DNA of 64,000 bases from Paraphysomonas bandaiensis (taxonomy: Eukaryota > Protista > Chrysophyceae). The notes under the pieces are model-generated. The model had not been told where the DNA came from. It worked only from the letters and a program-made list of their open reading frames with translations, and did not search any database. This document shows positions 39,701 to 50,901 of the stretch, piece by piece. The stretch spans positions 214,361 through 278,360 of the forward strand of contig CBFFRP010000377.1 in the NCBI GenBank assembly GCA_965644295.1, written 5' to 3'. Each line of letters begins with the position of its first letter. Position 1 is the stretch's first letter. The translations under genes and the position numbers were made by a program.

Positions 39701-41081
39701 ACATTTTGTTCCGTCTGTAGAACACTAGCTCTCTATTAGGTAGACACACCGTGTATGACACTCCTGGCTCGTACACAATAGGGTACAGATCTTCGACATC
39801 AGCTTGGCACAACACACTGACTCGTAGGTTGTCGGCGGTTTTACATGTGAAGAATTGTGGCAGCTCTCCCACATTGGGTAGTTCTACTGCGTGACCAGAC
39901 AAGCCAGCTACTTTACACTTACGATCGGCAGGTCTCACATCTGTCAGTAGCCACGGGTGCACAACGGACACATCCGCCTGATTGTCTAGTAGAACTTCGT
40001 ACCATTCGAAACACTCTCCTCCCGATGTGAACGCACTCTGCATAGTCACTGAGCATTGTTTCTCCTCTGGTTCGACGTTCTCTTGACACTGGTTTAGCTT
40101 GTGTCCAGTCTTTCCACAACCCCAACATACAATAGGGCCTCTATGCTTTCGCACGCTTCCTTTCGACTCGTCGGTCCCATTTGACTTCGTCTTGTCATCA
40201 GCATCACCTGTGCGACGCTGTTGTTTAGTCGAGGTGTCCTTCCTGCTCACAAACGCAACACCACCATTAGGTTTCGCTCCTCTCTTCGGGGTGATATACT
40301 TCGAAGCTTTAGTGTAGATCTCGTTCACGTGCTTGGGTGGCTTCTGTGTACCCATCATTAAGTCATTCATAAAACTGGTCTTAAACTCCTCATATCTGGT
40401 GTCGTCCAGACCCCTGAAGAAGTCCATAGCTATATCTTCTTCTTCCATCTTCGGATTCTCCATATCATTGTACGCTTCCAAAAGAAAATCGAAACGCTCC
40501 TTATAGGCCACGATACTCTCAAATGGACCCTGACGCACGTCTTGGTACTTCTTTCTCGTTTCTGCACGCATGATGGTCCCTACATTGGAGTTCGTCGCTG
40601 TTTTGTGAGTCTGCTTGATAGCAAGCCACAACAGTAGAGGGTCCTTGGAGGAGTTAATCTCTTCGTATTCCTCCAATTGCTTAATCGCGTCCACGGACTC
40701 GTTGCTCAGTCTGTCATACATGAACGCATAGAAAGCTGATCGGTTGTCACGCATTTGGTCAATCTTCCTTTGGCGTGTCTTTCTCGCATCCTTAAGTTCT
40801 TCCAGGTTCAGACCGTGGGGGTCATTATCAAGATCGTAGTCCTCAATCTTTATCTTGGGTGGTTCATAATACTCATCGGTCTCCACGAGCCTCGCTAGGT
40901 CACCAAATAGCATCATGGCGGCCACTGTGAGCTTCTGCTTAAATACCGCCAGGTTGGTGTTCGTCCCATACTTCAGAATCGGCACCGTTGGGGTCAATGC
41001 CTCTGCCCCTTGGCCCCTGGACCGCTGGTCCAACGCCTTGTTCCTAAACTTCTTGAGCTTCTCGTTGCTCGACTTCTTCAT
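36694..41081 (-). CDS. Copia gag-pol polyprotein, one frameshift near 37752
   Basis: Zinc knuckle CWGCGKTGHKLNQC, protease LLDNQADVSV, integrase core (YTDIF, YLDPQ), RT KARLVA / MDIGGAYLNA / LDKALYGCIQSAKLWY / FVDDIL, RNase H YVDAAF...STESELV...QDNTS...MLADALTKPLQG. Confidence 0.95.
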
Positions 41082-41094
41082 AATTTTCTATCAC
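41079..41094 (-). promoter_or_regulatory. Putative self-priming primer-binding site
   Basis: Sense GTGATAGAAAATTATG is the exact complement of sense CATAATTTTCTATCAC inside the LTR (41247-41262, also 36506-36521). No TGG tRNA-type PBS is present. Confidence 0.75.
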
Positions 41095-41451
41095 GTAGAG
41101 AAATACGTACTTGGATCGAAAATACAACACTGATACTACAGATCAATCAAACACTCACGGATCCAGTGCGCCCGTTGTCCTCCGTTCAAACTACACTACA
41201 GGTAGGCAAAAGACAAGTCTCTTTGCAAATACTACAGAAATCGTTAGTGATAGAAAATTATGGTGTCTCCCTACAACACAATAATACTACAGCTGATCAT
41301 GTTCTACTGTACACTCTCACTCGTATCCTACAGAGTCACACATGTACAATAACTGAAAACATAATCACTGTAACAAAAACGAATGTGCACGTTGACTTTC
41401 ATTTCGATCACTCGAAGACTTCTATACCGAATCATCATTTAGCTCTACGCA
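41094..41451 (-). repeat. 5' LTR of copia element 2
   Basis: Begins TGCGTAGAG and ends CTCTACG on the minus strand. Confidence 0.95.
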
Positions 41452-41558
41452 CAGAGGCACACACCGCAGTGTCAACGCTGCTCTCCTCTGCGGGCGGAAT
41501 ATTCCACTGCACTCTTGCACTGAGACGAGCATTTGCTGGAACAGCACTGTAGTTATAT

Positions 41559-43131
41559 ATGAAGACCGAAGACGACTCAGCTGTAAGTGCGTTTATGTTG
41601 ATCCGTCTGTTAATGGTTACAATATATTGTGCAGGAGGTTGAGAGTGACGAGGAGTGGGAAGACGCCGCCTGTGGTGATGGCGATAGCTCTGGTGATGTG
41701 TCTGTGGAAGTGGAAGTGGATAACGGGGTAGAAAGTCTTTCTCACAATCAAAAACGTAAGCGTCGAAGAATTATTCGCAACGAAAAGGAATTTATAGACG
41801 CTCGAATGCAACATCGCGAAGAAGTAGAAGTTATGTTGAGGAGGGCGCGACTGGTCGCTGAGTGGACTTTCGATGACTCTCTTGTTGCTTCTGTGCTGTC
41901 TTTACTTCCATATGATGCTAATAATATTGATCCACAAACTCAGTCTCCCTTATCCCGTATTAAAGCCGTGATGGACTGGTTTGACCGAAGTTTCAGAGCA
42001 TTGGACCCCAAGGATGTAACTGTTGAGGAGGGTCGGGATGGTTGCAGCTACACCGAGGGGCTATCCGACGTACTAACGCGGAGGAATGGAAGTCCACATC
42101 AGCTCTGCCAGGTGTTTATTGCGGCGCTGGTCGCTACTGGTGAAGATGTCCGGTATACTTGTACCATTGACCCCACACCTCCCATTCCTTCAATAGCTAG
42201 TCCGGAGACGATACCGTTGGCCTGGGCTGAGGTTTTGGTGTCTGGTTATTGGATTAACGCTGACCCAGTGCGCCGGCTTTTGGGAAACAAGGCTGCTTTG
42301 GAGTCGTCGCACCGGGTAAGGCGAAGTGCCGTGGCGTATGTGGTGAGTATTACTCGAGGCGGACACGTGATTGATGTCACAGGCTCCTATGCACGCCGAC
42401 CTGACCGTACCAAGCGTAAACGTGTGAGCCACCCAGATGACGTGCGTTGGTGGGAGGCGTTGTCCCAAAGTGAGGGTACCGCAGCTGCTGTTGGGATTCT
42501 TCCATGCAGTATCGAAGGGTTTAAAGCGCATCCTGAATATGTCTTGGGTGGACGATATTTGGACCGACACACTCTGCGACCAGGGGCAAGAGTGATTGCG
42601 ATATTTCGAGGTATTCCAGTCTACAGACGTTCAGATGTGAGCGAACTTTTGACGAAAACCCAGTGGTCCAGGACAGGAAGAGTGATTGGGGTTGGGGCAG
42701 AACCAGAAGGTGTTGACGGCCGAGGGCGAGCCCTCTTTGCGGAGTGGCAAACAGAATCACAAGAGACGGATGTGGTTCTTCCTGTGAACAAATATGGTTG
42801 CGTGGAGATTCGGGGTGGGAAGTCTCCCCCGGGATGTGTGTATATATCATCCCCGCATGGAGAAAGGGTGGCAAGAGAGGTCGGCATCCCATTCGCCAGT
42901 GCTGTGGTCGGATTCAGGTCTGTCGGAGTTATGAAACACGCCCCAGTGATCGATGGAATTGTTGTGCTACAAGACCATGGGGGGCTAATTAGAGATGCAG
43001 TTGTTGCACTGGAGACACAACTTGCGGAACAATCGCAGGAGATGAAATTTAGAGTTGTGCTAAAAAGATGGGAGCGTCTAGTCATGACATTGGCATCCCG
43101 GGAAAGGCTGAGGTCAGAGTATGGACACTGA
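41559..43131 (+). CDS. XPC: XPC/Rad4 nucleotide-excision-repair damage sensor (short first exon, intron 41583-41634)
   Basis: DEEWED motif, transglutaminase-like WAEV...WINADPV...AYVV...IDVTGSY, FKAHPEYVL, PVYRRSDV, LPVNKYGCVEI, FASAVVGF, PVIDGIVV, WERLV...RERLRSEYG. Confidence 0.88.
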
Positions 43132-43403
43132 AACGCTGACACCAGACTGATGGTATGCACAATACAGTTATATTTAGCCGCTTTCTAAGGATATGTAAAT
43201 ATAAGTGAGATTACTAAAAGTATACCTGTATAACGACGAATATTCCCTCGATTTGTATTATATGTATAATATGATTATAAATGCAGTTTTTATTTTACAG
43301 ACAGTATTTTATTCTACCTAGCGAGGTTTCAACATATACCTACGAAAACTTAGCGAAATTTGGATGGAGTTTAATTATTAAAGAATTAATTTTCATTTAC
43401 CAG

Positions 43404-43722
43404 AGTAGTGAATGTCTTATTATATTATCAATAGGCGTTTAAGCGTCTGTGCTTAACTCCGATATCCTACTACTTAGCTGTACGAAAGATGCTTGTGCGT
43501 CACCGCAAGCACCAAGGTGCAACCAGTTTTGCTCTATTACTCAAAGCAAACATAGTGAGCAAGGAGAATGTTGATATACCTGACAGATGTGGGCCCATTC
43601 CCGGATTACTGTAAGGCCCAAAGATACCTACACAAGTGAAACGTATCAGTGTTCCTTGTACCACACAAGCATTTGGCCATGAGTGGACAGAACAATATCT
43701 GCTGACTATATATATGCGGCTT
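43404..43722 (-). mobile_element. SINE-like repeat, partial copy
   Basis: Reverse complement of the tail (agtagtgaatgtctt...), the hairpin (gcttgtgcgtcaccgcaagc) and the body. Confidence 0.8.
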
Positions 43723-44019
43723 TCGACTAGACTCACTCAAACACATATGTCTAGTACATTGGTGGTCTAGTGGGGTAGATCCTGATCTCTCAGCACCTCT
43801 TGAAGCGCGTGTTTGTGGCTATGAAAGGCAGTCTCCCATATCGGAGTAATGGTGTCATGTGTGCAGTATACAGTATACATACACAGGAACATATTACTGT
43901 CCCGCATGGAACCTTCAGGCCCTCGACAACGACGCCGTCTCCGGCAACTCTACCTATGCCTGAGGCCCAAACGGTGCACTGAGACAACGCCACATTCCAC
44001 CTCACCCCCCACCTCTCAG

Positions 44020-44372
44020 CACACACATCTAGCACTCGGTACACTCAGGACCTTAATACAGAACCCTGTACATTAGAGCCTGGTGGAAACTCATTCCAAG
44101 GGGAGACCCCCTGATAACACGCGCCAGTAAGTCCTAGGACACACGATCATGGCGAAACTCACAATCAACATTAAGAACGGAAGTAGTCGCACCTTGGTGC
44201 TTGCGGCGACGCACAAGCAGCTTCTGTAGCGCTAAATAGTAGGATAATAGAATTTGTACTGATTAGTTATATATATATGGGTACAGGTCTATGTAGTATG
44301 TCTAGCATTCAACTAGCTAAAAAGTTGGTGCAGGTTTTTAACTCCTATAATTTGTTAAATATAATAAGACTT
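44020..44372 (+). mobile_element. 5'-truncated, decayed copy of the LINE-like element at 62807-64000
   Basis: Translates THLALGTLRTLIQNPVH*SLVETHSKGRPPD versus THLELGALRTLIQNAEPPPKPMETHPKGRPPD, followed by the same 3' UTR. May extend 5' to ~43790. Confidence 0.85.
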
Positions 44373-44387
44373 TTAATATATATATAT

Positions 44388-44593
44388 GCCCTTGAGGTGG
44401 GCCCATTCCCGGATTCCTGTTTATTTATCACGGCCCAAAGACATCTACACAAGTGAAACGTATCAGTGTTCCTTGTACCACACAAGCATTTATATCTGCT
44501 GACTATATAAATGCGCCTTTCCTGGAGAAATGTCTCAGGTTCTTATCCCCCAGAACTCGACGTAAATTTGCGAGTGTCCGACTTTATTGAGGG
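44388..44593 (-). mobile_element. SINE-like repeat, 5' half
   Basis: Ends ccgactttattgaggg, the reverse complement of the family head. Confidence 0.75.
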
Positions 44594-45025
44594 TTAATTA
44601 CCATAGAGCATCAATAGAAATGTATAACAATACAAGGTACAAGAAGTCTGATATAAGGGACCCGGGTTGAGCAGGAAATGTTGAGACGCAGAAAAGAGTG
44701 TTCATATAAAGATGTGGTAGACATTTTTATACTCTACTAATGTAGATGATATATATAGCTTTCAAAGATGAAAGGTCGGGCTATAAAGGTCCTACAAGTA
44801 AATTAATTTTTAGTACAGTACATATAGGGTGTGAAATACCTAAATGGGAAGCTAATGCTAGAAAAACATATGATTTGGTATTTTTTAATCCAACATTGTA
44901 CTAAATATATGTGCGGAGTTCACTATCCGGAATATACTGTTTCTCATAATACTCTAGTTGAATATAATATATTATATATAGCCTATGCTAGTTATATCCT
45001 GCGATCATGCGTAACTAGGACATAA

Positions 45026-45130
45026 CAGGGCTGCGTAACAATTAATTGTCATTTAATTGACGCAAGTTGTATTCAATTATGATTACAACTATTAATCGCT
45101 GTCCCAATTCATTGAATTGTAATTAATTGA
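45026..45130 (+). repeat. End of a second CAGGG-starting (hAT-like) repeat, also at 62729-62800
   Basis: cagggctgcgtaacaattaattgtca...gcaagttgta versus cagggctgcgcaacaaataattgtca...gcaggttgta. Opposite end not identified. Confidence 0.5.
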
Positions 45131-47249
45131 TACTAAACTACGTACTCATGTAGCTATACAATAGCTGCCAACATATAGCTTGCTCAACTATAATTGCATT
45201 CCAGCGGCGACTTATGTAAAAACTTACGTAGCTCTACATGCCAGGGAGCCATACTCTTGCGCAAATTGGTCATCATATCAATCTTAGATTTTAATGAATA
45301 ATATCGTTCAACCTTTCTGGTTGTAATACAGACTTATTCATCTTTATACACGTATAATATGTATGTATAGCTTGTATATTGTACTATATAATTAGTATAG
45401 TATATCTATAAAATATACACTATACTAATCATACGATGTGTAGGGCCAATAAACGTGGTCGTTAGGATATACTATAGCCGTTGTGTATTCATGATTCGTA
45501 TTTAAATGATAATTACTTCGTTTTTATACAATATAGTGGCGCTTATACATGTATAAGTGACTCAGAATACAACAGTACCGTTCTCGCAAAGTACGCTGCT
45601 ATATAATGCCAAACTTAGTAGATTGCAGTTTTCTGTTGCAGCTCATGTATATATATACACGCCTATTATCTACATTATCCAAGGGATACACTTTCTACTT
45701 TGAAATATATAAATAAATAAATAAAAAGCTATCGTTAACAAACCACAATGAATAGTGCCTTGATTACGCACAATCGAAAACATGCTGCAACCAGTTAACT
45801 TAAGACTAAAAATTATGATTAAAGTATGTAGTATAAACTGCACAAAAGACATTATTATTGCGGTGGACTATAACATATACCACACTATTTATATTACGAA
45901 ATGCACACGCATAAACAACTTATTCTCTTACAACTTACAAGAAAGAGAGTTACGTCATTACGATGCATTAATGCTAAATCACAAAGCTATATAAAGCCTC
46001 ACCTAGATCTTCAGCTCTCGTTTCTTAAGTTTTTTCTTCCGTCAATTCCTTGTTCTCCTTGGATATCTTTGAAAGAAAATTTAAAGAGTTGCTTTGGGTG
46101 TTCAAAACGAACTTTACCTCGAATATCGAATACTCCTCAAGGGGTAAACCATTTTACACGGGTGTATATAAGGTGTGTTACTTGATGTTAGATACTAAAT
46201 GCACACATATGCGAGCACAAATAGCTTATACTTTATTAATATTTAAGTTTGCTTAAATATACAATGATAGTACTTAACTATTATTACTTTAGCGTTAATT
46301 GCACCAGCTATTAGAAGAACAAATTGAGACAAAAATACTATATAAGCACTAAATGAGTAGAAATTTACGACATTTACTTTATCGTCTGCTACAAGTGACA
46401 ATTCAAGTAATTGAACAAGTTCTACATATATAGAAACACACACACTGCCTGAAAGGAACGTATATAACTGTACCCGGATTATGGCGTCGCTATCTCTACC
46501 GTTTATTTTCTGTCATTTCCAGATGGGGGGGGCAGAGTGGCAATGAAAACATGTTCTACAAGGGCGGCAAATGGGGTGCCAGTGGTTGGAGAAGGGCAAG
46601 AGGACAGTGGCGAGAATAAAGGGGCAAGAGAAATGACAATTGGAAGTGGATATGAGGCGCCGATGATAGTGGTTCAAAGCACGAGTTCCGGTGTGTTTCC
46701 AGCGCAGGATAGCTCCTTTTCATCAAGATACTGTCTCATGACTGCCACTTCGTACTGATTAAAGGTGAGTTATAAATAGCCTGTCGCTCCACCGCAGTCA
46801 TTGTTCTTAATCACAAACATACTACTCAGAGCAGCAATTCTGGAAGACTTGAACATCTTTGACGTGGTCTATTCCAAGATTTACAAGCCACCAAATATTC
46901 TGGTAAAATATTAAAGATTACACAACTGTGAAAAACCCAGTATTTATACCAGTAGATCATGGAGTTTTAGGTTTCAGGTTTCAAGACAGCGGATGTTTAC
47001 GTAGAAGAAAACTACGTATATTTATATTTTCATACCTAAAAATATGTTTATTTAACATTTCCCCCTAAAACAGCAGTTTTTGAATGGAATCATCGGAGGT
47101 GAGGAGTGTGTACTTTACAAGCTTCCATTGTGAGCGTCATACATCGCCGTAAATAGCACACCCGCCACACATGAGCAGTGAAGAAGACACTGAGTCCCGC
47201 CCCGTCATCTCTGCAGTGATTCAGTGAGGATATTATACGTAGGGCTGCG

Positions 47250-50139
47250 ATGATATCGGTTGATAGAGACAGGCACATGGACCTTAAGTCTGTCGTGAGG
47301 TGGCTGCAGCAGCAGGACCAGACGGATTGCAAGACTCTGCTTCTTCTGGACGATGGATTCGCAGAGGTCAGTGTGTGTTCTGTGCTTATAATGAGCGCTC
47401 ATGCTGTACCACAGATGTTGAAGTGGGAGAATGAATTCATTGTTTCGGACTTTCCCGTTCTGCCCCTCCCCTTAACGACCGAATCAAGAAACATTGCGAG
47501 ACTGGTAGGAGTTGCTGGTATTACTCTGACACACACCGTAACGTTGTATAACCAGTACAAACCGGACCGCCTTGTTTGCTTTCTGTCCGCAACTTTGGAT
47601 ACTCTTGGCTCAGCACTGCAGAACTTGAGGGAAATACTTTGCAGTGGCGAATTCATACTCGTTACGACTTCGACACAAGAATTATTGAGCCCGACAGACA
47701 GAGATACAACACAAATCAGTGACTTCCTGGACACTGTTGATGCTCAAGTTATTCACTGCCCTCGCTTTGGTGTCAATCTCCTCTCTGCAGAGCGGGACAA
47801 GGTATAGAACAGTGGGATCTATATACATACCTTATATATCCAGGTTGGTATGTACGTTCTGTCTTCTCCGAGCTGCCGGCGGGTCTGTCCTGTTACATCG
47901 CACCGCGTGAGTTGCAAAACAACATCACTTTCGTCGAATAGCATGAACTCAAAGTCTGTTTATCAATCTACATTCTTCCCCTTAACTCATGCGATTGTTT
48001 GCTGTTGTAGTGTGCTACACGTAACTGCGGAAGATCTCCCCGTAGATGATAGGCGATCTTTAAAGTTTTTATCTCATCAACTCGCTGGGGCTCTAGTTCG
48101 TGACCTAGGTTGGCGTAGATTCTGACCGTGCTGTGTAATACATATAATCATGTAATTGTGTGTTACCACAGCGCTCGATACAACATGCTCTGTATTCGCC
48201 TTGGGAAAAACGGCTAGCTTAGTGGGACATACGATACAGGTAAGTTTGCGTTGCATGTATTGTAAGGTACAAGTGATAATTTATCGTACAGCCTGTGCTA
48301 GACACACTCGTGCAAGATAGCTCACCTGACTCACTCTCACCTGCCACCCTCGTCCTAGTTGATCGCACTATTGATTTGTTCACTCCAATTTCTCATTGTG
48401 CCGGTGCCCCACTTGCACATAGAATACTGGCTACCGTACCTAGACAATCATCTGCACCCTCCGCTGCCCCTGTTCTTGATATCGCTCTTCCACAACCGGC
48501 CCACCTTGTTCCCACCTCGTCCATCGCGATGGCCTATCCTGAACAATCTCCTCTTCTCTATCCTCTTTCTGCAGTTTCTACCCTACCTTTTAGAGTAGCT
48601 CCCTCAATTGTACCGCCAAAAGAAAACAAGGAACTTATGCGTTCTGCGATTTCTGGGTCCGAGGAAACTGGACGGAAAGTACTATGCGAAGTTCTCTCCA
48701 GCAGAGTAATTGCGGAAGGCGGAACTTTACCCCCTGCGAAGAAGAAGCGAGGAGTCGGCGCGGAGGTGCTGGGTCTGGTCACTTCCCTTATCCAGGCTGA
48801 CGGAGAAGGACGGGCTGTGTGTCTTCGGGCCCAAGGTTTATTGGCGTGGTCGTGTGCTGTTATTGACGCAATGCAACGATCCTCAACAAAGCAGTTGATG
48901 GCCCATATGCAGCAATGTAAAGACAATAACGGCAGTACTGTGTCATCATATGACACACGGGCCACGAGTGAAGCGGCAGTGTTGAATTTATTGAGAGAGC
49001 AGTTGGGGCTTGGTCTGTTGTCACCAGGGGTGCTGGCTGAAATAGTTCTTGACCAATGTGGCATCAAGCCAGGCGGCAGCGCAGTGGATTTAAAACATGC
49101 ATTTCTTGTAATTTTGGGGTAAGATAATAGATCAAGCATAGTTCTACTGACTCTTCACTGCAGCGTTTTTTCGTTGGTAGATTGCCTGTGCAAGACTAGT
49201 GCTATGGAGTACAGGGAGCAATGCCTGGGTGCCATCAGCACAATTGCAAAAGCAATGGCTGCTCATGTCCTGGAAACAGGGTATATAACATTTTTTCTTT
49301 ATATTTAATGTAATTATCCTGATTAATATTAACAGCGGACGCGGTGCAGAAGTACTCATGATATTTAGCAAAGAGCTACTCGCTGACATCAGAGAATTTT
49401 ACGTTCAGACAAAGGAGGGAAATTTAGTCGAGTTGGAGGACTTTGAGACTACGAAAATGCGCTTACTGCTTGAGATGGGGGATATAATTACCTCATCTTT
49501 GGACATCCTGATCGAGGTTGCGGATATGCGTTCTTCCTTGCTGCGCGCCTCTGCGGATCCTTCTCTTACCAGCTCTCTTTCTCATTATGATGACGACGGT
49601 TTGCTGTCGCTGCTAGAGGTTTGCCACAAGTCGCTGACTTTTACGTAGTCTCATATGTTCAGGTGCACAAGGATGGACCTCCTCCAGTTGGCGTGGTTGG
49701 AAGAATAGCGGGGGCGCTTTTCAGAGAGAGGAGGAATATAATCATTAGGGGTAAGCATAACTCAGCTCTCCCGCTTTTAAATTTTATTGAGAATCCCATC
49801 TATTCTCTCGCCCGTGCTGGAATTGGTATGCTATCGCACAGTCTCGGCAGGTATTCCGTTGTTTAGTTGTTCCAGTGAAGTAAGCTATGAATCAGGTTAG
49901 GCTTGTCGAGCACTAATATGAGTGGGGTTCACCCATCGAGTAAGTCAACAATCGTGATATTTGTCATCGGAGGTGCTTCTATTCTGGAGGTGAAGCAGAT
50001 CCAGGAGCAGCTGGAGTTAGCCAACACTGATGGAACTGATACTGACACTCGTATAATTCTTGCATCTAACGATATTGTTAGTCCAGATGATATGTTTCAC
50101 TTCGGGTTTCGGAGAATGAGTGGATTAGATATATCATAG
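47250..50139 (+). CDS. Sec1/Munc18-like protein (SCFD2/MIP3 type), multi-exon; true start uncertain
   Basis: LLLLDDGFAE, VFALGKTASLVG, ATLVLVDRTIDLFTPISH, and C-terminal TIVIFVIGGASILEVKQI...RIILASNDIVSPDDM typical of the Sec1 family. Confidence 0.75.
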
Positions 50140-50810
50140 TATATTCGTATGAATCACTGGGAAATATGTTAATATATATACAACCAATATTCCGACGTGG
50201 TTGACTGTGTATTGTTGATGCATCAGCATACAGTTCGTACATCACTGTTCTAATTTATTTAAAATGCGGGAAACGTGTTCCTGTGCCTGACGTAAAATGT
50301 GTTGAGCAAAGGAATGTAAAGAGAAACTGGTACATAATCAATTAAGTGTGAGTGGAATAACGACTTCGTTGTACAATAAGCAATAAGATCGTATGTATTT
50401 GAATTGCTTCCTTCCTGGAATTTTATTTTTCAGAAACTTCCATTGATGTTGTAACCAATTAAAATACCGGTTTCATCTTTGATATCATGTTTTATCATTT
50501 TAATTTATTGAAAAGAGATTGACTCCATAAAAACGATCACAAAAAATCCAGTTTAAAGGCTTGTGTAGCATGTAGTCACCTACTTGCTTAAGGCTTTGAC
50601 ATCACGACAGCCAACATACAACAACTCATTCACGTGTCGTAACTCTCTTGAAAAAGCACACATCGTACAAAGAAGTAATTCGAGTGTTGACATATAAAAT
50701 GCCATCTTTTTGCAAAATATGTTATTATACAATATACAATCAATCAGTGACCTATTTTTGCAATCTTTTTCAGAAACATATATCTGTTTATGTATTATAT
50801 TAAATTGTTA

Positions 50811-50901
50811 AGTGGTTGCACCAAATAGTAGGATATCAGAGTTAAGCAGTAGTTAGTTAATTTGTTTTTGCTACATTAGTTCTGACTCTTACACGCCTAT
50901 T
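50811..50901 (+). repeat. Isolated 3' tail fragment of the SINE-like family
   Basis: gtggttgcacc-aaatagtaggatatcagagttaagca...gactcttacacgcctatt. Confidence 0.7.

Larger units (their letters stand above)
36353..41451 (-). mobile_element. Full-length Ty1/copia LTR retrotransposon (element 2; resembles the stramenopile/CoDi type), candidate self-priming
   Basis: 358-bp LTRs at 41094-41451 and 36353-36710 (one mismatch seen). gag-PR-IN-RT-RH order. Flanks cacag / cagag. Short purine run ACAGGGG before the 3' LTR. Confidence 0.96.

Noticed and set aside
36329-41552. Plus-strand ORFs 36329-36832 and 41010-41552 running through the LTRs
   Set aside because: Antisense to the element, dependent on flanking or alternative starts, and without recognisable motifs.
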